38,027 bases of DNA, from the IMG/VR virus record IMGVR_UViG_3300020187_000003; one strand, written 5' to 3'. Numbering within the stretch: position 1 is the stretch's first letter; every line of letters begins with the position of its first letter. The translations under genes were made by a program, and so were the position numbers. Under the pieces are notes generated by a model that did not search any database, was not told where the DNA came from, and saw nothing but the letters and a program-made list of their open reading frames with translations. The stretch is from a virus. This document shows positions 25,401 through 32,988 of the stretch, in pieces.

Positions 25401-26520
25401 CCGGATAGAACAGGCCGTCGGGAGTTTGGTTGAATCTGGGACGGCTGTTCGGCGTTCTGGTAGAGGGGCGGATGATTTCAAGAAGGGTGTTGACGGCATT
25501 GAGTCTTCCACTCGTAAAGAAGTTGAAACGTACATGCGTGGCGCTTTGATGTGGAGTTCCATGCGCAAAGGGGAGAGCCTTGACGCTGCCTTGTTGAAGG
25601 TGAGCCGAAACCATTTCGATTATTGGGATCTGTCTACTGCAGGCCAGCGGATAGATGAACTGATGCCGTTCTACGTGTTCCGTGCCCGGATGACTACGCT
25701 TTCTGCACAGAACGCCATTGCAACTCCCGGCCTGGCCGCTCAGGTGAGCCGTCTGCGGGATGCGGGTGAGGACGAGGATCCTTGGGGTCGAGGCAAGTTT
25801 GAACGTTACACGTTTGGTGCTGGCAAGTTCAGGGGAGTCGATTGGGCTACTGACCTTGAAGACCCGTTTGAATCTGGGTTCGCTACTATCGAAGCGTTTG
25901 CTGATCTGCCTACTTCGGTTCAAGGAATCAAGAAGTTGTGGGAGACTGAAGGGGTGGGTGCCGCCGCACCTGTATACGGGTTTGCATACAACGCTCTCAC
26001 CGGGCTGGCTTCCAGCCAAGATGGCACTTACGCTGAGACGGCTAAGCCTTTACGTGAAGTAGACGGCATCGGCCCCCGCTTACTGGAAGGGCTGAGTTCC
26101 ATCCCCCCACTGCGCTTCATGCTAGAACAGTCTGGGAACTTGAACGTTGTCGACGGGGAAGTTTTCATCACGAAGAACTCTGCACAGTTCCTGTCTAACG
26201 CTTTGCCAATTCTTGGCAGGCTGGAAAGCATGTTCACTAGCCGGGATTTTGTGGAAAGCGATGGGACACGACGCAAGCGTGCAGAAGGCGATGAGCCTGA
26301 CTCTATGGGTGAGGGGGCTGTTAAAGCCTGGAACACTTTCTTCAGTTTCACTGGTATCCCGTACCAGTTGTTCTCGGAGGGGTACCGTGACGCCCAAGTG
26401 CAGGACGCTGTATGGGATGTGAGAGGGTATGCTGATCCGTTCTCGGAGTTGCGGGATCTGCGTGAGGCTGACCAGAAGGAAGATTTCGACAAGCTTTATG
26501 CGTCCTTGTTTTCTAACTGA
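22396..26520 (+). CDS. Giant internal virion/ejection protein (T7 gp16-like by size and position)
   Basis: 1374-aa uninterrupted ORF, last in the structural block (an alternative ATG is at 22405). No lytic transglycosylase motif recognised. Confidence 0.7.
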   Translation: MVDMGETISELTARLSARRDSRSGDSGGGRVDQELIRPIVDELNKKLVDPAFSGQRDQIRAQIADLQSGATDVSMLNNDKGFFGNLFSGLGTAIDVPLSLVQSGSNQISELVKEAAGRRAPEGERNASDELGWGGFVAGTAFGDDRENTRGLEALGLDKDWEGGEIPGFFDLDTILNFGTDVAMDPLSFLRAPGIIADAGGAAAKGLRGGTRAADARIGRAGAQRRLVDNAQAVAARTGKDIDQAKLNAAVESLDSGGVTSLLRDVKKGKKPSQFSLDELAELGVESKMRLGASRLGSFDLPGTGGVATALGAIRTGRLGKLSRLGDKIDQSGLKNSSNAIRDGGSEFASLRAVTIEAGNRRAGNIVKKIMAQNEEVTRRYADLYPEVYRSATEKGLGSSIENDVARVLLAKGKKDESFTAAVDVLQRWSQDIGSPTFQRIKDEGLFDDYMRNSDIPVEARRLAPAIMNSLKELDESATKLGMLTGEVTERGSSTIDDLLGVTPEAADAVQTLVQKPGVLVQGFGTARQLVNNVAVVKVLGESATTVDGSLGEYFFKASDNATQKVFETFGITYTDIGEELQGVVDEALETVTGSGDELAGLLSRGEDLVGLNVARNVQRAYQGLKAGDTAAFATELDTAAELGAAQLDKYETFIYEVLTDGGGLETAARNEVKKLLNNTADGGRNALEAKVDRILKNEMYNPAMRNSDVFDRAKMMSTEDRNFLRAVQELHPEYITGSLAETRSWFTDWAVGAKATFEQYSANFTPETAKVLTDIDTFFHSALLQSRLMVAGLGTAAGGSAALLRKFPKEQADLLARQVMDFHYKAGGTNTFGGIRGNGTLGWDAADAMAEHSRYLNSLKRADFGDSKVFGAAQTINRAFRPLATFGPGFVARNAMGAYRVNFTQGVRTAGVGGYREWQPVYTTALKALKDETANDLAAGTSALWKGIPAGQRETAKDLAASGVLTTGSGTGAIGRAFELSERSVGARTGALADTVGRTQNRIEQAVGSLVESGTAVRRSGRGADDFKKGVDGIESSTRKEVETYMRGALMWSSMRKGESLDAALLKVSRNHFDYWDLSTAGQRIDELMPFYVFRARMTTLSAQNAIATPGLAAQVSRLRDAGEDEDPWGRGKFERYTFGAGKFRGVDWATDLEDPFESGFATIEAFADLPTSVQGIKKLWETEGVGAAAPVYGFAYNALTGLASSQDGTYAETAKPLREVDGIGPRLLEGLSSIPPLRFMLEQSGNLNVVDGEVFITKNSAQFLSNALPILGRLESMFTSRDFVESDGTRRKRAEGDEPDSMGEGAVKAWNTFFSFTGIPYQLFSEGYRDAQVQDAVWDVRGYADPFSELRDLREADQKEDFDKLYASLFSN

Positions 26521-26918
26521 GATACGGGTATGACGCCTGTGTGGCGGAGGAAGATGCGTCCTTGTATGGGGCGTATCTCAAACTCGCCGTACTCGGCTGC
26601 GTGTTCTTTAGCTTTGCGTTTCAACCGGCGCAGGGCTTTGTCTTGACGTGACTTGACGTTCTCCACTGTCATCAGCCCTTCAGGGCAGATTTCTTTCGGT
26701 AACGCTATGACGTACTCTGCTTGCGTGTCGTACACACAGATCCAGTTGTCCTCACCGTCAGGGTGGATAACATGTTTGGCCCGTGCCATGTGGAACAAGG
26801 GCTTGTATCTGTCCCAGTGGGTTTCGTCAGGCAGCGCAGTGAACCCTTCAAAGTGGGTGAGCGCCGATTCGAGCTGCTTGTAGAATGCTCGTTGTTCTGC
26901 GGTCAGGTACCTAGCCAT
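26496..26918 (-). CDS. Hypothetical protein (140 aa), last gene of the replication block
   Basis: ORF whose 3' end overlaps, convergently, the 3' end of the giant plus-strand gene by 25 nt. Confidence 0.6.
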   Translation of the reverse strand: MARYLTAEQRAFYKQLESALTHFEGFTALPDETHWDRYKPLFHMARAKHVIHPDGEDNWICVYDTQAEYVIALPKEICPEGLMTVENVKSRQDKALRRLKRKAKEHAAEYGEFEIRPIQGRIFLRHTGVIPVSQLENKDA

Positions 26919-27316
26919 ATGTTTACCCTAAGCTGTGGGGAGACGACGTCAGGGTCGATGCCGCCTTTGAGGAAGTTGACTCCGTATAGGTAGTCTGGGT
27001 TGTCTTCAACGAGCAGTCCGTCTAGGACCAGCCGGTCTACGATGGCTTTGATGGCCCCGTACCAGTTGCCAAGGTCGAGGTGGTGGGCGTTGGAGTGGTA
27101 GTCCATCCATGTTTCTACCCTGAATTCGCCTTCGTGGGGGGTGGCTCCGAGGTCGAGGAGCTGAGCTACTGCTTCTTCACCATAGGTGTCTCGCCATAGT
27201 TTGGTGTCTGCTGATCGTTTGTAGCGGCCTTGTGCGCGTTCTTGGTTTAGGCTGCGTGGCTTGTCTGCCACGTCGATAGCCCAGAGGCTGGGCCACAGGG
27301 CCGCTACTACAGTCAT
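26903..27316 (-). CDS. RusA-like Holliday-junction resolvase
   Basis: HHLDLGNWYGAIKAIVDRLVLDGLLVEDNPDYL fits the RusA pattern D.DN..K...D.L......DD. ATGA coupling at 27313-27316. Confidence 0.5.
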   Translation of the reverse strand: MTVVAALWPSLWAIDVADKPRSLNQERAQGRYKRSADTKLWRDTYGEEAVAQLLDLGATPHEGEFRVETWMDYHSNAHHLDLGNWYGAIKAIVDRLVLDGLLVEDNPDYLYGVNFLKGGIDPDVVSPQLRVNIWLGT

Positions 27317-27648
27317 TTCATTTCGTCCATGATGGATGCGACTGTGGACAGCAGGGTTGATCCGTGTTCGCAGTCAAGGATCTTGCCTGCTAACGCTTTG
27401 ATTAACGCTAGTTCCAGTCCGGCTGCGGGCACTGCTTCTACTGGTTCTGGTTCTTGTTTCAGTGGGGCAAGGTTGATGACTTCGAGGAGGAGGTCAACGT
27501 ACATGGCCTGCTCGACTGCGGAGTCTACTTGTGTGAGCCGGTGTCGGATGCCGTCCCATTTAGCTTCGTTTAGCCTGCGCATGATCCCCCAGTTGGGGGG
27601 TGATTTGAAATCGGGGATGTCTTCGATGTCGAGCAGTTCGGTGGTCAC
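27313..27648 (-). CDS. Hypothetical protein (111 aa)
   Basis: ORF in the coupled minus-strand operon. No motif recognised. Confidence 0.6.
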   Translation of the reverse strand: MTTELLDIEDIPDFKSPPNWGIMRRLNEAKWDGIRHRLTQVDSAVEQAMYVDLLLEVINLAPLKQEPEPVEAVPAAGLELALIKALAGKILDCEHGSTLLSTVASIMDEMK

Positions 27649-27651
27649 TGG

Positions 27652-28581
27652 TTATCCTTGGTTGTAGACTCGGTGGACTTTACTGACTGCTTCTTTGTAT
27701 GGGAAGGAAGCTTTGTCTTCGGTTTGTTCTTCCCATACTTCTTGGACTACTGAGATGGCTTCGTCTCGGTCCATACCCATGCCTTTGAGGTGGGAGGCAA
27801 GGGTGAAGAACACTAAGTCCCTCTCGCCTTTCTTCACGTCAGTTTCGCCCCTGAATACTGACACGATGTGCGAGTTGTTCTCACCCCTACCTCCCGTCCT
27901 GTCTCCGTTGAAGCTCGATTGTGTGCGCTGTACCGGCTTGGGTTTCCAGAGCGCTGCCAGGCGTTGCAGGGATGGGACTGGCGTGCGGTACTCTTCGACT
28001 TGGTCTAGCCAGTCATCGATTTCTAGGGGGGTGGAGCGGTCGGCCCACATTACTTGGCGTACTGTCCCTGCGCCTGCTGCCGGGTAGGGGAGGCGGACAC
28101 AGTTCCCGTAGCCTCCTGTTTCAAGGAGTTCTTGTTTGGGGTTGAGTTCAATCGCCTCGATCTCCGCTAGCTCGTGGACCCACAACCCTGCGCGTCGTGC
28201 GATGGTGCCGCTCATCCAGTCGTCTGCGAACACCCAGACGTGGTATCCCTTGGAACGGGATGTTTCGACCCAGGCTTGGATGCCGTAGTATTCCCATGCC
28301 TCGGCGTATCGCCATGCGAGTTCTTCTGCCTCGCTGGTGTCGAAGTCGCTGCAGATCCATTTGCACCGGTTGCCTCCTTCGAGCGGGTAGATGCCAATGG
28401 GGGTGGAGCCGTGGAGGTGGAGGTCAACCAGGCTGAACATGTCTCCTTCTTCAAGTTTTTCTTGGTGAGGGTGCGGCTGATCGACAAACGCTACGTCTTC
28501 CCGCCCTTCAAACAGTTCGTAGAACAGGTCTGTTCGTTCGGCCCGAATGGATTCTTCCATCTCGTCGGTCACTAGTCTCAT
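27652..28581 (-). CDS. Archaeo-eukaryotic-type primase-polymerase (PrimPol) with a PriCT-like C-terminal domain
   Basis: Start set at the ATG in a TAATG overlap with the helicase stop. Motifs CSDFD (DxD) and SRSKGYHVWVF (sGxGxH). The C-terminus FFTLASHLKGMGMDRDEAISVV resembles PriCT. Confidence 0.72.
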   Translation of the reverse strand: MRLVTDEMEESIRAERTDLFYELFEGREDVAFVDQPHPHQEKLEEGDMFSLVDLHLHGSTPIGIYPLEGGNRCKWICSDFDTSEAEELAWRYAEAWEYYGIQAWVETSRSKGYHVWVFADDWMSGTIARRAGLWVHELAEIEAIELNPKQELLETGGYGNCVRLPYPAAGAGTVRQVMWADRSTPLEIDDWLDQVEEYRTPVPSLQRLAALWKPKPVQRTQSSFNGDRTGGRGENNSHIVSVFRGETDVKKGERDLVFFTLASHLKGMGMDRDEAISVVQEVWEEQTEDKASFPYKEAVSKVHRVYNQG

Positions 28582-29555
28582 TACCGGTAGCCTCCTGGCC
28601 TGACATCTCTGATCCCTGAAAGTAACAGGTCTCCTGGCTTGATGGGCCGCACAAGCCCTGACTCTTTGGTGATGGCGTATTGTACTTCGTGGCCTTGCCA
28701 CTTGCCGTCGAGGTAATTGTAGGTCTGTTTGTTCTTGATCATGCCTACAGTCAGGAGGGGCTGGTGTTCCTCCTGCATCTGGTCTCGTGTGGTCATGCTC
28801 GGGTCTGACGGTTGTGGTCGTCGGACTGTGAGGATGGTCACGGCTTGCTGTTCACCGCCGTATGAAAGGGATGAGGCTGAGAGTTGCCCGCCTTTCGATG
28901 CCGAACGGTTGGCCTGGTGCAGCATTAGCCAGGGGATGCGGGTGTCTCGGGCCAGGTCTTTGGCTACGTTCGCTGCCTTCTGCATGGACCCTCCGAAGTC
29001 TTCGCCTCGTGAGCTGGCCAAATACCCCATGTAGTCGTATGCGCACATCTTTACTTTCTGTTGCCAGAACTGTTCTGCCTCCTGGATGTAGGTGATCATG
29101 TCGTATTTGGATCGCTTCTCGTCGTCTATGGCGAGGAGGGGGAACCACTCGGTGATGATCCCTCGTTTCCAACTGGCACTCATGCCGAGGATTTCGGTTA
29201 GGGGGGTTTCCGTTACGAGCGAGATGAGTTTGAACATGACTTGCTCGGCGTCTTCATCGGGTGAGAACAGGATCATTGGCTTGTCCCTGTTCTCATGTAA
29301 GAGGCGCAGCAGGAGCTGGGTTTTGCCGTTGTGTTGGAACCCTACAAGCAGGTGGAGTCCAGCCCTGAGGCCACCTCCAAGGGCTGTGTCGATTTCGGGT
29401 AGCCCAAACGGGATGGGCGGGGTGAGATCGGGGTCGTTTAGTAGTGAGGCTGATGGGCGGAACAGCCAGCCTGACCTCTCGGCCAAGAGTGCGGCTTCCC
29501 GCTCCTCAAGGCCAAGAGAAGGTGTGTCTGTTTCTTGTTGTAACTCGATGCTCAT
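28581..29555 (-). CDS. DnaB-like replicative helicase (RecA-fold C-terminal domain only)
   Basis: Start at the ATGA overlap (29552-29555). Walker A GFQHNGKT, Walker B-like MCAYDYMGYL, and LHQANRS similar to the DnaB SQLNR motif. Confidence 0.78.
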   Translation of the reverse strand: MSIELQQETDTPSLGLEEREAALLAERSGWLFRPSASLLNDPDLTPPIPFGLPEIDTALGGGLRAGLHLLVGFQHNGKTQLLLRLLHENRDKPMILFSPDEDAEQVMFKLISLVTETPLTEILGMSASWKRGIITEWFPLLAIDDEKRSKYDMITYIQEAEQFWQQKVKMCAYDYMGYLASSRGEDFGGSMQKAANVAKDLARDTRIPWLMLHQANRSASKGGQLSASSLSYGGEQQAVTILTVRRPQPSDPSMTTRDQMQEEHQPLLTVGMIKNKQTYNYLDGKWQGHEVQYAITKESGLVRPIKPGDLLLSGIRDVRPGGYR

Positions 29556-29818
29556 TCTTCTCCTCCGTCGGCGGGCAGGTACTGCCATGCGTGGATGGTT
29601 CTTGCCGTGTGCCTGAGTTGGGCTGCAAGAATTTCGCAGTCGTACAAGATGGTTTCCCTGTATTTATCCCAGATCGCTTCCTGTTCGGGGTGGCGTCTGG
29701 TGTTGAAGTCGGTTAAGAAGTCAACAACTAAGTCAGCGATGATGTCTGCTGTGGGCAGTACAGGGTTGGGCGCAAGCTGCAGCGTGTATGTCCTCCCTCC
29801 TATCTGCAATGGTTCCAC
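29552..29818 (-). CDS. Hypothetical protein (88 aa)
   Basis: ORF in the operon, 2-nt gap to the upstream gene. Confidence 0.6.
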   Translation of the reverse strand: MEPLQIGGRTYTLQLAPNPVLPTADIIADLVVDFLTDFNTRRHPEQEAIWDKYRETILYDCEILAAQLRHTARTIHAWQYLPADGGEE

Positions 29819-29820
29819 AG

Positions 29821-30768
29821 TTAGAGTTCCACGCCGAACTGGGCGCAGTACTTGTCGGGGCAGGCGTTGAGCCAGAGCGCTTTGGCTTCCTTCTTCTCTT
29901 CAGGTGACGCATTGCGGTCTACCTTCATCTTGAAGTCGGGTGCGTTGGGGTTGGTTTTGCCTGCACGGTTGTCCCAGAACTTGGACGGGTCTGCTACGAG
30001 CATGTCCCAGAACTGGACATCGTTACCCGAAGGGGTCTTGGTGCGGCGGACGCCGCCTGGGCTGGCGGTGGGGGCACCGGCAAACCCTCCGGTTGACGGG
30101 GCTGGCATCTGGGTCGGGGCAGGCATCTGTGCCGGTGCGGCGGTGGACGCTACGACCATCACTTCGTTCTCACCGAATACCTCTTGCACCATCCGCTCGT
30201 TCTCGGAAAGCTCGAATGGCAGGTTCTGCTGTGAGAGGACGGCTGCTTTCACGAGCATCATTTCGTTCTCGTAGACGCTCATGGCTTCTTCGAGGGTGCA
30301 GTTGGCTGGCAGGTCTGCTTCCATCGTGGCTGACACGGTGGCTGGTTCGAACTGGCGTGCCTGCACTGTGCGTGAGTAGCTGATGATCAGCTTGCGTTTG
30401 ACGGGTTCAACAAACTGGGTCTGCTGCTGTGGTGCGTATTGTTCTTGGGTGTCGTAACTCATATTTTTGCTTTCTGTTTGGTGTTCGCCTGGCCGGAGTG
30501 GCCCGGTCTCTACTTCTTGGTAACTCATATCGGTGCTTTCTGGTTTAGGGTTAAAAAATTCCCACATCTCACGACGCGTGGAGCCGAGTTTCTGTTCGTC
30601 GTGCTTCTCGTACAGGAGTAGGAGATCTGAATCCGTGGGAGGGTTGTCCCAGGTTAGGGGCCGATTGGACATCAACCCTTCCCCCGGCCGTTCTGGTTGT
30701 TGGTATTCGCCTGGGACTAGAGGCCCGGTTGCGACTTGTTGGTTGAAGAACTCGTCTGCGTCGCTCAT
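29821..30768 (-). CDS. Hypothetical replication-module protein with internal repeats (possible ssDNA-binding/accessory role, speculative)
   Basis: 315 aa. Repeats ATGPLVPGEYQQ / ETGPLRPGEHQT and PAQMPAPTQMPAP. Conserved-looking C-terminus FWDNRAGKTNPNAPDFK. Confidence 0.6.
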   Translation of the reverse strand: MSDADEFFNQQVATGPLVPGEYQQPERPGEGLMSNRPLTWDNPPTDSDLLLLYEKHDEQKLGSTRREMWEFFNPKPESTDMSYQEVETGPLRPGEHQTESKNMSYDTQEQYAPQQQTQFVEPVKRKLIISYSRTVQARQFEPATVSATMEADLPANCTLEEAMSVYENEMMLVKAAVLSQQNLPFELSENERMVQEVFGENEVMVVASTAAPAQMPAPTQMPAPSTGGFAGAPTASPGGVRRTKTPSGNDVQFWDMLVADPSKFWDNRAGKTNPNAPDFKMKVDRNASPEEKKEAKALWLNACPDKYCAQFGVEL

Positions 30769-30996
30769 CTATCCCATTAGTCCTAGCCAGTCGCAGTCCA
30801 CGCCGTGCCAGTCCCAAACTGTTGAGTTGTCTTGCGGTGTGGGTGCGACGTGGCCGCACCATTTGCATCGTGAGTGGGTGGCTTTGATGCGTGGGTCTTC
30901 GGGCAGCAGCCCTTGGACTAACGACTCTAGCCTGTCCAGCCTTTTTCTCATCGATTTGGTGGTGTCAATTGTGTCACTGCTGGTTGGGCTAATCAT
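30769..30996 (-). CDS. Hypothetical Cys/His/Trp-rich protein (75 aa)
   Basis: ORF abutting the downstream gene and overlapping the whiB end by 8 nt. Confidence 0.55.
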   Translation of the reverse strand: MISPTSSDTIDTTKSMRKRLDRLESLVQGLLPEDPRIKATHSRCKWCGHVAPTPQDNSTVWDWHGVDCDWLGLMG

Positions 30997-31225
30997 TGGC
31001 GTGCCTTTCTCTATGTTCGCTGATGCGTTGGCGTTGGGTTGTCCCGCCCCAGACTCCTTGGTACATGTCTAGGTTGGAGTCGGCTTCCCGCCTGCACTCG
31101 GCTTTAACTTTGCATGTGTTGCAGACTGCAACGGCGAAGGTGGGTTTTTTGTGCGGCGGGTCTGGGAAGAACACTTCGATGTCCATGCCCAGGCATGCCG
31201 CCTGGTCGCGCCATCCACCGCTCAT
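30989..31225 (-). CDS. whiB: WhiB-family (Wbl) iron-sulfur transcription factor
   Basis: C-X23-C-X2-C-X5-C (AAC...VCNTCKVKAEC) followed by GVWGG and a basic C-terminus. 78 aa. Confidence 0.9.
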   Translation of the reverse strand: MSGGWRDQAACLGMDIEVFFPDPPHKKPTFAVAVCNTCKVKAECRREADSNLDMYQGVWGGTTQRQRISEHRERHAND

Positions 31226-31374
31226 TCTTCTTCGTCCTGAATGTCGATGTAGCCGTTGAGTATGTCCATGAGAACTTGGATGCGTGTTTCCAGGCGAATC
31301 AGTTCGTCCCTGAAGTTTGGGTTCTCTTCTAGGACGGAAGCCAGCATGGCGTCGTAGTCCTTCTCGTCACTCAT
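31222..31374 (-). CDS. 50-aa acidic helical mini-protein
   Basis: Translated by hand as MSDEKDYDAMLASVLEENPNFRDELIRLETRIQVLMDILNGYIDIQDEEE. ATGA overlap with the whiB start and an 8-nt overlap with the nuclease end. Confidence 0.5.
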   Translation of the reverse strand: MSDEKDYDAMLASVLEENPNFRDELIRLETRIQVLMDILNGYIDIQDEEE

Positions 31375-32311
31375 CGGGGTGGTGCTCCGTTGGTGCAGCC
31401 ACTAGCCCTGCGTCGACCTTGCGTTTCAGTTCGACAAGCACGGAGGGTTCGTCTGGCCAGAAAGAGTCTTCATGACTGCCCCGGCATTTGCCGAGAGCGA
31501 ACTCGCTGCACCAGCGTGGGCTGCAGTGCCAGTCATCTGGGCCTAGGGGCCACGTACTGGCCGTGCCAAGCTTAAGGACGGTGTTGCCCCATGATTGTAC
31601 TTCGGCGAGCATCATGGCCCATTTCTGTTGGCCTAGGGTCATGCCCCAAGTGTTGACACCGGCCTTGCCTCGGGGCACGTAACCGAAGTTGAAGCTGAGT
31701 CCTGCCAGGTTCTCTTCCAGATGCTTGGCGTACGTGTAGATGGGTGCTTGGATGTCGTAGCGGGATTTCTTCCATCCGTCTCTGGAATCAAAGCGTCCTG
31801 TCTTCCAGTCCCAGATGGTTCCGTTGCCGTCGTAGAAGTCGATGCTTCCTCGCAGTCTTATCTGGTCGCCGTCTATCGAAGAGACTGGGATGTCGAATCG
31901 TTTCTCGATCTCCCAGCCTGCCACGTTCGTCTGGTCGAGGCTCGGGATCATCTCGTTGTACCACCGTTGGCAGCAATCTTCGAGTTCCCTGACTGCGGTG
32001 TACAGGTCTTCGACCATGTGGGGGTGGAGCCACATGGACGGCCAGGCTTCTTCAAGCAGGGTGACTTCTTGTGCGAGCTGGTCGAGGAGGGGCTGGCCTG
32101 AGGGCCATTCACCGTGGTCTTGCCTGTGGTGGAGGCACCATTCGATGAACGAGTGGGTGCGTGTGCCGATGGCGGCTACGTCTGAGTCAGGGTCAAAGTA
32201 TTCGCCGGTGAGCTTTAGCCGGGCCTGTTCGGGGCACATGCGTAGTGTGCCGATGTCTGACTGGTGGAGGTACAGGGTTCTGTGCCCGTGGTCGTCGGTG
32301 AGGAGTTTCAT
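31367..32311 (-). CDS. PD-(D/E)XK nuclease of the Cas4/RecB family with a C-terminal Cys cluster
   Basis: N-terminal Cys (RMCPEQ), GSIDF...IWDWKTG (D...D/E-x-K), QAPIYTY (QxxxY), and C-terminal CSPRWCSEFALGKC. Confidence 0.75.
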   Translation of the reverse strand: MKLLTDDHGHRTLYLHQSDIGTLRMCPEQARLKLTGEYFDPDSDVAAIGTRTHSFIEWCLHHRQDHGEWPSGQPLLDQLAQEVTLLEEAWPSMWLHPHMVEDLYTAVRELEDCCQRWYNEMIPSLDQTNVAGWEIEKRFDIPVSSIDGDQIRLRGSIDFYDGNGTIWDWKTGRFDSRDGWKKSRYDIQAPIYTYAKHLEENLAGLSFNFGYVPRGKAGVNTWGMTLGQQKWAMMLAEVQSWGNTVLKLGTASTWPLGPDDWHCSPRWCSEFALGKCRGSHEDSFWPDEPSVLVELKRKVDAGLVAAPTEHHPDE

Positions 32312-32355
32312 GTGGGGTCTTTCGGTGTGGGTTTGCGGGCACCATAGGAAAACCT

Positions 32356-32368
32356 ATGACAATGTCAT
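32356..32368. promoter_or_regulatory. 13-bp palindrome ATGACA-A-TGTCAT in the second divergent control region
   Basis: Perfect 6+1+6 dyad. The half-site is related to the ATGAC/TGTGACA motifs at 6397-6506. Confidence 0.45.
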
Positions 32369-32437
32369 TGACGAGCAGCCGTCGGAGCCGCCAGGCGATA
32401 GGCGGTGCATTGCCAGTGGCATATGGTGGGAGCAACA

Positions 32438-32448
32438 CCATGACATGG
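32438..32448. promoter_or_regulatory. 11-bp palindrome CCATG-A-CATGG
   Basis: Perfect 5+1+5 dyad containing ATGACAT, 70 bp from the first palindrome. Confidence 0.35.
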
Positions 32449-32547
32449 GAGTGTTGTTGTTGTCAAGTTATTCTTTTTGACTGTGCAAGCATCGCTTCCT
32501 GTGCTAGGGTTGACTTTGTTGTTATCGATCTCAAAGGATCCCGCTCG

Positions 32548-32988
32548 ATGAAACGTTTCATGCCTCCGCTGCTGGCTGTCACTGCTGCTATCGCCTTGCT
32601 CGGCTCTGCCGCTGACGCCCAAGGCCCCGTCACTCCTTTGAGTGAAGAGCCTGAGTCTCTTCATGTGCAAGGGAACCAGGCCATCACTGATCACGTCTCG
32701 ATCCCTGCCACCTGCACTCTGCTCGTTGACCGGGTCGGCGGGGAATCCTGCCTGGAGGTGGTGACTGACTGGATCTGTCCTGCTGGCCCGCTCGGTTTGA
32801 ATCCTTTGAGTGAGGATGCGAAGCAGCGGTTGGCCCCGTCGTATGAAGAGTCGATTGCTAACCCTGTCAGTGAGCGTGCCTATCTTGACTCGCATTGCTT
32901 GCTCGTAGGGACTCGTCCTGTGCCATTGGCGACACCGGCAGCAGTCGATGCTGCTGTTGAGGCACCTGTTGTTTCGTTTACCGGCTGA
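32548..32988 (+). CDS. Secreted (Sec signal peptide) Cys-containing protein
   Basis: MKRFMPPLLAVTAAIALLGSAADA/QG has an n-h-c region layout with an AxA site. AAAGGA SD lies about 10 nt upstream. Four Cys in the mature part. Confidence 0.7.
   Translation: MKRFMPPLLAVTAAIALLGSAADAQGPVTPLSEEPESLHVQGNQAITDHVSIPATCTLLVDRVGGESCLEVVTDWICPAGPLGLNPLSEDAKQRLAPSYEESIANPVSERAYLDSHCLLVGTRPVPLATPAAVDAAVEAPVVSFTG

Noticed and set aside
28174-28575. 133-aa plus-strand ORF inside the PrimPol gene, plus 29092-29616, 29852-30383 and 31842-32480 inside other replication genes.
   Set aside because: These are antisense shadows of genes that carry clear catalytic motifs.
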